DNA of 63,444 nt, the filler included, from Reclinomonas americana ATCC 50394 (lineage: Eukaryota): assembly GCA_048213135.1 (NCBI GenBank). It is 21 parts of 21 records of this genome, joined end to end, with 100 filler letters (N's around TTAATTAATTAA, not from the genome) between each part and the next. Parts side by side here need not be neighbours in the genome. Positions count along the whole stretch, not along the records: positions 36,907 to 49,148 come from AFZH01023845.1; positions 49,249 to 53,834 come from AFZH01023846.1; 19 more parts are not named here. The stretch is one strand, 5' to 3'. This document shows, piece after piece, positions 42,175 to 53,831 of the stretch (position 1 is its first letter; the number at the start of each line of letters is the position of its first letter). Below the pieces are notes generated by a model that made no database searches, was not told where the DNA came from, and saw nothing but the letters and a program-made list of their open reading frames with translations. The position numbers were made by a program, and so were the translations under genes.

Positions 42175-42706
42175 TCACTCGTCCGTGCCCGCAGCCATGG
42201 AGGCAGCAAGCTCAGCCATAAAGCGCACTGTGGCGAGGACCACTTGCTTGGCCAGTGCCTTGAATTCGTCGAGCTCCAGTGTACCTGAACGTGCGCAGCG
42301 GTGAGGACTTGTCATGAACCACATTGCGCACAGCAAACTCTCGCACTCACCCGAGCCGTCCTTGTCAAACTGTGTGAACACGTCGTTGACGACCTCCTCG
42401 TTCACAGAAGTCACAGTTGGCACCATGCCACTGCTGGCAAGCTCCTGCATGCGCAGCAAGCGCTCCACCTGCGCGCAACGATGGGGAAATGGCCGCCCGC
42501 ATGCACATGTGAGCAAAACAGAACCCAACACACGCGTGCTCTCGCTCATGATAGCGATCACTGGTAGATGCTCATTGTTGTGTATGGATCAGTGAAGTTT
42601 CTATTATACACATCTCTGCGCGCGCGATCGATATCGAGCTTCCCCGAGTCGTCAGCGTCGGCATTCTTGAACTGCTGCTCCAGCTGCGCTTGGCCATCTG
42701 CACCTG
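42175..42706 (-). CDS. EF-hand calcium-binding protein (multi-exon, 5' end unresolved, possibly decaying)
   Basis: DADDSGKLDID and, across a GT-AG intron, DKDGSGTLELDEF; ends MAAGTDE*. Confidence 0.7.
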
Positions 42707-42839
42707 CAAGTGCAAGTGCACGTGGGTACCGGTGTGAGTGGGGTGTGAGTGTCGTCAATGTCCACGGGAGAAGAAAGGCGGGAAACAGTGACAATCCCGA
42801 GCGAGCAAATCACACACGATCACACACAACGCACGGCGA

Positions 42840-44010
42840 ATGGCAACAAAGGTGTGAATGTGTGCGCATTTTTGCGTGGTTGGTGTCTGTGCGTGCATTC
42901 GTGTGCTCGTGCGTGTGTGCGGTTGTTGTTGTTCTTTGTGTTTGTGTGCCTAATCGCGAGTGATTGGCACAGATCATTCAGAGTCTCGCTTCCTCAGTGA
43001 GGTCCGTCGACGTCACTCCCGATAGCAAGCACATTGTTGGTGGATGCATGGACAGAACCGTTCGTGTGTGGTCACTGGCGAGTGGCAAAGAGGTGCGATG
43101 GCTGGTGGGACACACTGGTGTGGTGTTTTCTGTTGCCGTCACTCCTGATGGCCGGCACGTTGTCAGTGGCGGTGGAGACAACACCCTACGTGTGTGGTTG
43201 CTGGAGAGTGGAGAAGAGGTGCGACGGCTGGTGGGACACACTGGATGGGTATATTGTGTCGTCGTAACCCCCGATTGTCAACACATCGTGAGTGGCAGTT
43301 TCGATAACACAGTGAGAGTGTGGTCTCTGGCGAGCGGGGAGGAGGTGCGACGACTGGAGGGACACACCGACACGGTGCGGTCTGTCGCCGTCACTTCTGA
43401 TGGTCACCACATTGTCAGCGGCGGTGAAGACAACACAGTTCGAGTGTGGTTGATGGCGAGCGGGGAGGAGGTGCGACGATTAGAAGGACACAAGGAATAT
43501 GTGTGGTCTGTCGCCGTCACCCCTGATAGTGAGCACATTGTGAGTGGGGGTGGCGACAGCGACGTGTGGGTATTGTCACTGGTAAGTGGGGAGGAAATGC
43601 GATGGCTTGATGGACACACTGGATGGGTGTCGTCTGTCACCATCACTCCCGATGGCCAGCATGTCGTGAGTGGGAGCGGAGACGGCACAATTCGGATGTG
43701 GTCTCTGGCAAGTGGCGAGGAAGTGCGACGGTTGGAGGGACATGACGGATGTGTGTAGTGTTTGGCTGTCTCTCCCGATGGTCAGCATATTGTGAGTGCG
43801 GGTGGCAAGGACAAGACCGTGCGAGTGCGGTCGTCTCCGCGTGACCTTGCTGGCTTCGAACTCGACGCCGCGCGCTCGGCCATGCGAGCTGTACAAGAGA
43901 TGCAAGGAGTGAGGGCCGTCGAGGAGGAACGGGATTCACGGTGTCTTCCCGAGCTGGTTCTGCGCTGTTTCATTGTTGAGGATGCCGAGGTCGTCCTTTT
44001 CCGGTGCTGA
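42840..44010 (+). CDS. WD40 repeat protein (7 repeats) with in-frame TAG at 43756-43758
   Basis: Exon 1 MATK (42840-42851), intron 42852-42972, then 42-aa repeats GH...V.SVAVTPDG.HIVSG..D.TVRVW; frame continues past the TAG. Confidence 0.85.
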
Positions 44011-45145
44011 GTTGGTGAGTCGAAGGAAGGGAAGGTGGCTGCTGGTGATTGTGAGTTGTTTTTCGTGTCGTGCGAGGGAGAGTGGGTGATCACGCGGGAT
44101 GCAGGTGGGGGAAGAGAAAAGACGAAAGAGAAAGGCAGAGATTGTTGTTTACGAGGAGCTCTCCCGTGCTTGTTCCCCTTTCATGTGAATGATAGTCTGC
44201 GGTCGTGAAGCATGTCTCCCTCTGTGTGCGTGTCTCTTTCTCACCTCCATTTTCTGTGCATCTTATTCGTGCATGTGTGTGCCTCAGGAGAGCGAGTCGC
44301 CATTGTCTATTTCCTCGCGTCTTCTTTTGCGCACCACTTTGGCATCACTGCTCTGCTTCCCATTGTGCCTGTGCGCCGTGGGCAGTCTCCTTTCGTTCTG
44401 AAGAATGCATGTCTTGCAGCTCTCTCTCTCTCTCTTTCTCCGCCGTCTCCCTCCTTTGTACGCTCATCTGCTTCCTCAGTCATCCGCCCCTCCTTGCCGC
44501 ACTCGCTCACAGTGAGACAGAGCAGATATCTCTCTCCTTCCTCCATTCCTTTGCTCAGTGCGCACCGACATGCAGACACATTGGAAACACATATTGCTCG
44601 TTGGTTGTGACGATGACAGACGTGCTGTGCATCGCCCGCTGCCGGCTGTCACCACACTCAAAGCAGGTGTGTGACCTTGCTCGTCTTGATCGCTCTTCTA
44701 TCCTTCCCTTTACTCACCCCATTCATGCAGGTCGTGCAGGTCATGGAGAACGTGGCGTGGGTGGGTGTACACATGCGTTTCGTGATGTGCGACTTGGTGG
44801 CCTGGTCGGTGGATCGTTTTCAATGCCGACTGGCTTGTCGGAGCAGATCGATGATGTGCGCACCTTGGTTGCTGCTGTCACTGCCAGGTGACAATCGTGG
44901 TTGCCATGGGGGACAGCAGATACGTGCAAGGCCTGCAACACATGGTGCGTTCATGCATTTTCTGCATCTGCGTTGAGGAACATGTTGGGAGACATGAAAA
45001 AATGGAGATTGACTGACTCAATTCTGTGTATGTGATCTGATCGCAGGCGTGCTGGTAAGTAGTTTGCCACTGACATGCATGCAACATGACCACATGTTGT
45101 TCCGTGCTTCACAGTGCATGTGTGAGTGAATTAATTGTTGTTGTT

Positions 45146-45282
45146 AGAGTCGAAAACAGCTAAAGCTTCACTCCAAATGCGGAAATGAGAGTCCGCACAC
45201 GCTGTCACTCGTCCGTGCCCGCGGCCATGGAGGCAGCGAGCTCAGCCATAAAGCGCACTGTTGCGAGGACCACCTGTTTGGC
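45146..45282. repeat. Direct duplicate of 42104-42252 (last coding segment plus 3' flank of the EF-hand gene)
   Basis: Both copies encode AKQVVLATVRFMAELAASMAAGTDE* on the minus strand and share CACTCCAAATG.G.AATG.GAGTC.GCACACGCTG. Confidence 0.9.
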
Positions 45283-45377
45283 ATCGGTTGCGACCAAGAG
45301 CTCCTCTACATGTACATCTCCCCATTTCACTCACACCATCCCTGCGTGCGCAGCTGCATTTATTCTGCGCTCGTCGG

Positions 45378-46367
45378 TCACACAAACTTGGCGTGCACTG
45401 CCGAGGGTGCCACAGGAGAGGCTGCCGCTGCGGGACCAGGGCTCGGCATGGAGGGCGCTTGGGGAGCCGTGGGACTTGCCATGTTCATCATGGGCACAGC
45501 GGAGGGCGAAGCCGGCGCCTTGCTGGGTGACGCGGCTGCCGATGAGTCGTCGCCGTCGTCGCCACGACGAGCGCGCCCCACACCAATGACAATGGCGATC
45601 AGGAGTGCAACGAAAACGGAGCCACCAATGATGCCGCCGAGTACGCCACCCGTGATGTTGCGCCCGTTGCCACCCGGCGTCACAAACGGCACCGGGCGAA
45701 GACCTGGTATGCATATGAGGAGGTGAGCGACAGTAAGCACGTGAGAGCGACGGTTGTGCGCAGACGAACTTCCCGGATTGCGGATGATCACACAGTCGTT
45801 GGCTGTCGATGAGCTGCACGCATACGTGGCTGTGCAAGTGGCGCTTGCGCCGCCGCCGGTGGTCTGAAAGACCAGCGACGAAGCCACTGTGTTGCCGTTC
45901 TGATACGACACGGTGACACCGAGAGCGAAGCCAGTGTTCGTGACCGCAGTGGCGCCCATATTGCAAAGCTCGTCAATCTGGCCACTGGTGGCGAACTGGG
46001 AGCACGTGCAGCTGCTGCAACGTACCACACGCATGAGATTGTGGTGAGAGATGGACCTGCGTCCAATGATTATGTCTAGTTTTAAATGCTTACACACAAC
46101 TCACCCGTTGACACTGCTCTGAGTGGGACTCAGCGTGAGAGTCGACTGCACCGGTGAGTAGACTGTCACAATGTTCTGCAGGCAGCTGCGCGCACAATCG
46201 AGGTCGGCGTTGTTGTTGGCCATGTTCGACGCTGTGCAAGTGTAGCCCGAATCGCTGACAAAAACGCCCATGTTTCCGTAGCACTGCGCTGCGACTGACA
46301 GCGGCAGCATACACAGCGTGCACAGAAGTGCGACACCAATGAAGTTGGTTCTCCCGAGAGTGTGCAT
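45378..46367 (-). CDS. Single-pass membrane protein with Cys-containing ectodomain (multi-exon)
   Basis: Signal peptide (..LLCTLCMLPLSVAA), Cys-rich exons, TM VLGGIIGGSVFVALLIAIVIGV followed by RARR, Pro/Ala/Ser tail. Confidence 0.7.
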
Positions 46368-46503
46368 GACTGCTGGGATGTTGTTGTGTGTGCGTGAAGA
46401 TCTGGATCAGGAGGTGGAAATACGTGTTTTTTGTTTTTTTGCTGTTTTTGCTGTTTTTGCTGTTTTTGATCCTTGTTCTTTTTTCTGTTTCTTGCAGGAC
46501 GCC

Positions 46504-47398
46504 ATGGGCAACAGTCGAAAGAACCTTTTTCTTGGGATGGGTATCGGCTCTCTGGCTCTGCTGTGCGCACTGCTTGGCGCTCTTGGCACCGGATTGCCCA
46601 AGTGGACTGTTGTTTCTTCGGGGGTGATCTCTTTAGCAGCGCACTCGAGCTCGTGACCGCATATCATGTTGGTCTAACTGATCTCCGCAACGCAGTCGAC
46701 TACGGTGTCTGCAGGTCTCGTGTACTACCAGCAGTGGTGCGTGGTCGCGTGTGGGGGTGCGAGTGCACGTGAGAGATTCCGGCATACTGCAGTGCACGTG
46801 TGGTTCCTCATTGACATGTTGCAGCACTCCAGCCGCGTGCTCCACGTTCAGCGTCGATCTCGAATCCACCAATGGCCGGCGTGGCCTGTCGGTGAGCGCT
46901 GCGTATCGCACCCCGCATCCATATTTGGCTGCTGTTTTGATTATATGCATGCATGCACCTTCTTCGGATCATGCATGACAGGTGCTTGTGGTGAATGCCT
47001 GCGGCCTGGCCTTCATCGCCGTCTTTGGTGTCACAGTGCTCTCCATCACTCTCGGTTCACGTGGCAAGCGAGTGGCGCAGATGAAACGCATCCTCGTCGC
47101 TGTTGCGTTGTTTCTAGATTTTGGGAAAAGCGCCTCGCACATGCGAATGTGTATTTCGCTGATCGCGAGTGTGCAGGCATTGGCATTTGTGGGAGCCATT
47201 TTTGTGACTGGAGGAACCGCATACTTTGTGAGCAAGACGCGAGACATCGCTTCGACTTACAGCTGGTCTTCACCGATTTGTTGGGTGTTTGGTATGGCGT
47301 GTCCAATTGTGCTCTCTGGACTGTACGCCTTTGTGGGTGATGCAACTGCTAGTCGCACTGGTGTCCCAAACAATCTCACCATCAACACACGTGCATGA
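46504..47398 (+). CDS. Claudin/PMP22-like tetraspan membrane protein (multi-exon)
   Basis: Spliced by eye: TM1-LPKW..SAGLVYYQQCTPAAC (W-GL-C-C loop)-TM2-TM3-YSWS-TM4. Confidence 0.6.
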
Positions 47399-48546
47399 GG
47401 CAGTGAACTCAAGGTGCGAGCGCACATTATCAAAGTTGGCATGTATGAAGTAAATATTCTTTCATTCACTTCAGCCACCATCGATTGTCGTCTCCCTGTG
47501 CATGCACACGTAGAGGTACGGTAGCGATCTGTTAGCCTGCGCACAACTGTGTCTGTGTGTGGCCACGCGCAGCGCACAACAACAGCATGCACACAGGAGG
47601 GAGCGTACATGTGCGCGGTGTGCCGGATCGATATGTACGGTTGCGTAGCGATGATCACGAACCGCGCGCAAGGTTTTTCTGCGCGGGCCAATGCTGTGTT
47701 CTCTGAGTGTGTGCGGCTCTCGGGGGTCAGTGACCTTTCGAATGTCGCGATGCACTCACATTATGCTGTTTTCCACATGTGCGCAGCGCGTTTGGCGGAC
47801 AAAAAACTCCGTGAATTAAAGAGAAACAGATACGAATTCGATTCGCGGAGAGTGAGATCGAGAGACCAAAAGAAATCCTGCCAGTGTGATGAAGGATTGT
47901 GGACGCTTTCTTCCAGGACCATTGGTTGCACTTGCTTTCCTGTGCGCTGCCGCCGTGTTTCTTGTTGGTTTGTGTGTTTTGCGCAGCGCTGGTGCACTAT
48001 AGCTATTGTCTCATCTCTTGATGACAGAGCACACAGTGGCACAGTCGACGACTTTTGCCCCTGGGAGCAGCGCCGCACCGGAACAGTTCCAGATTGTCAA
48101 GGCTGTTGGTGAAGACAGTTGCGCGATTTTTGAATTTTTTCAAAAGGCACTCTTCTTGGTGTAACTTTTCACTGTGCATGTCGTGTGCATGCATCTGTAC
48201 GACGCTGCCAGCGTGCGTATACTCACGTGCACGCACTCATGTTCGTGTTCTTTTTGGTTTCTTTTTGTGTGCCGGCTGCGTCCGATGATCGCATGCGCGA
48301 CATGTGACCATGTCTCACTCTGCCCTCACACACTCCCGGCCCTTCTTCGATCAATCTCTCCCGTTATTCCGGCACCACACGCACACCACACACTTTCGAC
48401 AATGGCACCTGCACGCAGTCAGCAGTGCAACAATTTTATGCAAAAGTTCTCTTTATCTATTAAGATCTTTAAATTTCTTTCAGTTTTTAATTGCTGCGCC
48501 ACATAATATGATGATTATTTGTCAACGATCATGATCGCCGTGCAGG

Positions 48547-49296
48547 CCTCGATGTTTCGGTCTCGACTGGCAGCCAGACTGAGGTCTGGCTCAATTGGAC
48601 GTGGCCTGTCAACCAGGGCAATGCGCCTCCCACAGACTTTGGCGTCGATGTGAGCAGCACCGCCGGCACGCAACGCTACACTGTTACGTAGTAATATGTC
48701 GTGATCAATCTGTCCTCTTCCTCTCATCTGTTGTCTTCACTCATTGATGTGGTGCGTCGACAGTGCACCTCGGTGGTCAGCTCGCCGCTGTGCTTTGGCC
48801 TCATTCTGCGCTCTTTTGATCAGGGCATTCAGGAGGGAGTTCAATACACGGTGACGGTGAGCGAGAGAGAGCAAGAATGCCTTCTGCCTCCTCACACACG
48901 AGACCTGCGCGACATTCACTTAACCCATCGTCTCTCTCTCTCGCGTACACGCACTCTGCTGATGCATCACTCCCTCCCTCACTCTCCCCTTCTCCAACTC
49001 TCACTCTCTCCGTCTCATGTCCCTCCACCCCCATTTCCCTTTTCCTGCAGGCCTTCGCGACAAACGCATACGGCGACGGAGTGCGTTCGACCGCCCAAGT
49101 TGTGACGACGCCAATCAGCGGCACGCCTCGTCAGCCGACGAACCTGGCNNNNNNNNNNNNNNNNNNNNNNNNNNNNNNNNNNNNNNNNNNNNTTAATTAA
49201 TTAANNNNNNNNNNNNNNNNNNNNNNNNNNNNNNNNNNNNNNNNNNNNGTCTCGTGGTCGTCGTCGTCGTGTGGTCGTGTCGTCGTTTGGTTCGTG

Positions 49297-49365
<69 letters not shown>

Positions 49366-52300
49366 GTATGTATGTGGCTGTCTGTGTGGCTTCTGTGTGT
49401 TTGTCTGTCTCTCTCTCCCCTCTCCGTGTATCTGCCTGCCTCCCCCACCCCCCCCTCCTCTCTCCTTCCCTCTCCTTCCCTTTCTCTCTCTCTCTCTCTC
49501 TCATGTTTGTCTGTTAGCATGCGTCTCGATCGAGGTTGTTATTCATTTTTCCTTGTCCCTTCGCCTTGTTCCCCCTCCCTCCACGCAGACCACCACGGTG
49601 AGCACGGTGAGCAGCACACAAACCCCCGGCCAAGTCAGCAGTGTGACAGTGGTCAGTGTGGCCTCGAATGGCGGTCTGGTTCAGTGGGCCTCGCCGCAAT
49701 ATCTTGGCAGCTCGACGCTCTTCGGCTTCTCACTGGAGGTGGCCGTCAGTGGTGGCACTGGCGGCACCGTCACCGGCACAGGCGCCGGCGCCAACAACGC
49801 ACCGTTTGCTGCACCGTCGTCTGTCGTTGTCGTGACCGACTCCAGCGTCGGCCGTGTCACTGGCGGTCATGCGCTGATCAGCAACCTGCCGACGACTGGC
49901 GCCTCCAGCGGAAGCATTACGTCGTACGTGGTGCGTGTGCAAGCTCTCAATGCAGCCGGTAGCGGCACCCAGGCGTGGTCTGCGGCCAGCCAGGGGACGC
50001 TGACACTCCAGACCGGTGTCCCAAACTGGGGTATGGCATCGCTCTCGGTACTCTCGTGCTACTCGTTCACGGCCACCACCGGCTCCACCACGTGCGTGAT
50101 GACGGTGTCAGCGCCGCCTTCGGTTATTGGCACCGGCGGCTTTGCGACCACCACCAGTACCTCGGCGTACTCAGTGGCTGCGGCGACTGGTGTCACTGGC
50201 ACTGTCACCATGGCCAACAGCGACCTCGTTGGCACTGCAGTGATCACCGTGGCCAAGGCACAATCCGGCACCGCGAATCCCGCTGTTCGCGTCACCAACG
50301 GCAACAACTCTTCCAGTTCGTTGGCCTCAGGCAACGGCTACGTCGGCGATCAGAGTCTAATCACCACTGTCTCCTCGTCCGCTGTGTGGCTCGACCGTCG
50401 TGGCCAGCGCACCACCGCGTTGGCCGCCTTCTTGACACTGGGGCAGAACTTCGTGGTCGTCAACCCTGCTCGCCCAGTCAGCAACGGCGTGCTCGCCTCC
50501 AGCACACAACTGTACCCGCCTTTCAACGCCGTGTCTGTTGTCAAGGCAGCGGGTGTGGTGGCTTCCACCGACTTGGCGTACATGGTGCCAACGAGCGGCA
50601 CCTCTGTCGCCAGCGCCTCTAACTGGATCGTAGCGGCACGTCTCGTGTCGCACCAGGTCAGCGGAGTACTGATCACTGCTGGCGGTGCGTACGACACCAC
50701 GCCGATCGTGGCTTTTGGCGCTCCAGGCGGCATTGGCGGCACACAGGCCTCTGGCACAGCCGTCCTGGGCACCAGTCGCACCGGCGTGCTATCGGTGGCG
50801 GTGCAGAACGGTGGCGTCGGCTACGTTACGGCACCCACCGTCACTGTGACGCCGACCAATGGTGGCAGCGGTGCAGCCGCCACTGCGGTGCTGGCCACCA
50901 CCAACGGCACGCTGTCGTCGATTTCGCTGGCTCCCGGCGGCAACGGTGGAGCCTACTTGTCCGCACCAACGGTCGTGCTCACCGGTGGCGGTGGTAACGG
51001 CGCACAGGCGACGGCCGTGCTCAGCAACATGGCAACCGCAGTGGCGCAGATCAATGTGACGAATGGCGGCGCTTATTTGTCGACTCCGACGGTGAGCATT
51101 CTGGCGGGCAACGCGGTGTCCACGGCGACGTTGTCGGCAACGGCCGATGCCGTGCGAAGTGTAACTGTGAATGCGGGAGTGGGCACGGGCGGTGCCTGGA
51201 CCTCCGCACCGTCGGTGACTGTGACTGGCGGCGGTGGCGGCTCTGGCGCGCAAGTGACCGCCGTGTTGTCGCCCAACGCTGCCGATGCGGTTGCCGTAGT
51301 GAATATGACAAACGGTGGCGCGTGGACCTCCGTGCCTTCGGTGACTGTTACTGGTGGCGGCGGTGGTACTGGTGCGCAAGTGACCGCTGTGTTGTCGTCA
51401 AACGCTGCGGATCGATTGGCTTCCGTGAATATTGTCACCAATGGTGGTGCTTTTGCAACAGCTCCTGCTGTCGTCGTCAGCGGCACCGGAAGCGGGGCAC
51501 AAGTCACTGCCAATCTGGCATCCACGGCCGACGCCGTTCTTAGTGTCACTCTCGGTGGCAGCGGCGGAAGCGGTGGTGCCTGGACCTCGACTCCAACTGT
51601 AGGACTTAACATCGGCGCTGGCACTGGTAGTGGAGCGCAGATCACGGCCACACTCGGCGCCACAAACAGTGCAGTGGCGCTCATCGCCATCAGCAACGGT
51701 GGAGCGTGGGTGTCGGCGCCCACTGTGAATTTTGCGGGCGGCTCGCCGACCATGCCGGCCACAGCCACAGCGCAGATTGGAACGGCAAGTGCGGTGGCGG
51801 TGGTGACGTTGGATGCGGCATTCAACGCGGTCACCGGCTGCGTGCCAGCCACCTCCACGGTGGCGTTTAACAATGCTGGCACTAATGGCACCGGAGCGGC
51901 TGCTACCATTGTTGTTGACGGCACCGGCAAGATCACCGGCTTCAACATCACCAATGTTGGATCCGGGTACACTAGTGCGCCGACGGTGACAATTACGAAG
52001 GGATCGTGTTCAGGCACCGGTAATCCCACTGGCACAACAACACTGGGCGGTGCCATCACCGGATTTACCGTCGCGAACGCCGGTGCCGGTTACGCATTGT
52101 CTCCTACAGTGTCGTTGACTGGTCTAGGAACCTCCACCGCGACGCCCACCGTCACCATGGGCGCCCCAATCGCATCTTTCACGGTCACCAACTCGGGCTC
52201 CGGGTACAACCCCGCGCCGACCATCACACTGACAGGCACCGGCTCCGGTGCGGCATCTGTGTCGGCCACGGTCACACTCGGCAAGACCATCTCCAGCTTC

Positions 52301-53710
52301 ACCATTACCAATCCTGGAAGTGGATACACCGGCACGCCGACTCTGTCGTTCACTCCGACCGGGTCCTTTGTCAACCCGCAGGGCACGCAAGTTGTGCTGG
52401 GCAAGCCCATCGCGTCGTTCACGGTGACAAGTGTGGGCTCCGGGTACATATCGGCGCCGAGCCTCACCATTACGGGTTCGGGCTCCGGTCAGAGCACAGT
52501 GCAGTACGCAGTGCTGTTGGGTCAGCCGATTGCGTCATTCACCGTGACCAATCCCGGCACTGGCTACACGGTGGCGCCGAGTCTCATTATCTCGGGAACA
52601 GGCTCGGGGCAGTCGACGGTGCAGTACACGGTGGGCCTTGGCAAGCACATCACTTCCATCACGGTAACGGACCCCGGCTCGGGATACTCGTCGGCACCGG
52701 CTGTGTCGTTCACGGGCGCAGCTGGCGACGTGTCTGCCAGTGCTACAGCGGTCCTTGGCGCCCCAATCGCGTCCTTTACAATCAACAACATTGGATCGAG
52801 TTACACGAGTGCTCCTTCCGTCTCTTTTACGGGTGGTGTGGGTGCAAACACCGCCACTGCGGTGGCCGTGGTGGGCTTCCCAGTCGCGTCAGTGACTGTC
52901 ACCAACGCCGGCAGCAACTATCAGCAGCCGCCGACGATTGGTTTCACTTCGGCCACCGGCTCGAATGCCTCCGCCACGGTCACAATGGGCTTCCCGCTGG
53001 TGTCCGTCTCCATGAGCTCTCAGGGCAGCAACTACACCACAGTGCCGACAGTGACGGTGACTGGTGGCGGGTCGTCGGCAGGCACAGTGGCCACGGTTGT
53101 TGCGCCTCTCGACAATGTGATTGGCATTCAACTGACCACGACGTCGGGAGCCACCCCGGGAAGCCTGTTCTGCTGCGGCTCCAACATCACCACATACGAC
53201 TTTGGCACTAGGTTTACGTCGGCCACTGCCGGTGCCCTGGCGGCTGCCGCAGGAGTCTCTGTGGTGGACATTACGGATGTGTCGATGACGTTTGTGATTG
53301 ACTACACACCCACCGCCGCACCAGCCACGTACGTCGCTGCCGCAGCGATGGCGCCCAGCAGCGGTCAACTCACGGCAGCGGCGGTGAATATCGGTGCCAG
53401 TCTCGCGTTGACGTTGCGCGGCACTCTGCTGTCCGGCACCAGCCTGTCGTGCAACACACAGATGACGGGTCAGCAGGATTCGTTGCGTGCGCCAGCAGGT
53501 TTCCTTTTTTTGTTTCCTCGCTCCACTCGCAGCTCACACGACAAGCGTCTCTCCGCGGTGCGCAGTTATCAGTGTTCGGTGTCGGGCCTGCTCCCCGGTC
53601 GACAGTACCGTCCCTCGGTGCTGGCGTCGGCGCTCAACAGTTCCTCTGTGACACAACTTTCGTCTGGCGTGTCCCCGAGTGGATCGACGATTTGGACTGC
53701 CAGCAGTTGC
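48547..53710 (+). CDS. Giant extracellular fibronectin type III protein with a 20-unit G-x-[YWF]-x-x-x-P repeat block (spans gap 49149-49248; ends unresolved)
   Basis: FN3 exons (VWLNWTWP..G..P; GIQEGVQYTVT; ATNAYGDG), then one exon from 49589 to about 53468 with FN3 (VQWASP..G; YVVRVQALNAAGSG) and the repeats, then VSGLLPGRQY. Joining across the gap is inferred. Confidence 0.75.
49297..49370. repeat. (TC)n(TG)n compound microsatellite
   Basis: Visible. Confidence 0.9.
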
Positions 53711-53771
53711 GTGTCTTTATCGTTGTTGCTTGTTTGTTATGATGTGATGTTGTGCGCATATCATGTGTGTC

Positions 53772-53774
<3 letters not shown>

Positions 53775-53830
<56 letters not shown>
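53775..53830. repeat. (GA)n microsatellite
   Basis: Visible pure run. Confidence 0.95.

Positions 53831-53831
<1 letters not shown>

Noticed and set aside
43756..43758. Alternative genetic code (TAG/TAA reassigned) in the eukaryote
   Set aside because: The ~1290-codon exon and other long exons contain no in-frame TAR, and the PH-like gene appears to end in TAA; one TAG is better explained by mutation or error
47400..48500. Short ORFs between the claudin-like and FN3 genes
   Set aside because: No motifs or consistent coding bias; the FN3 gene's first exon may lie here but I could not place it
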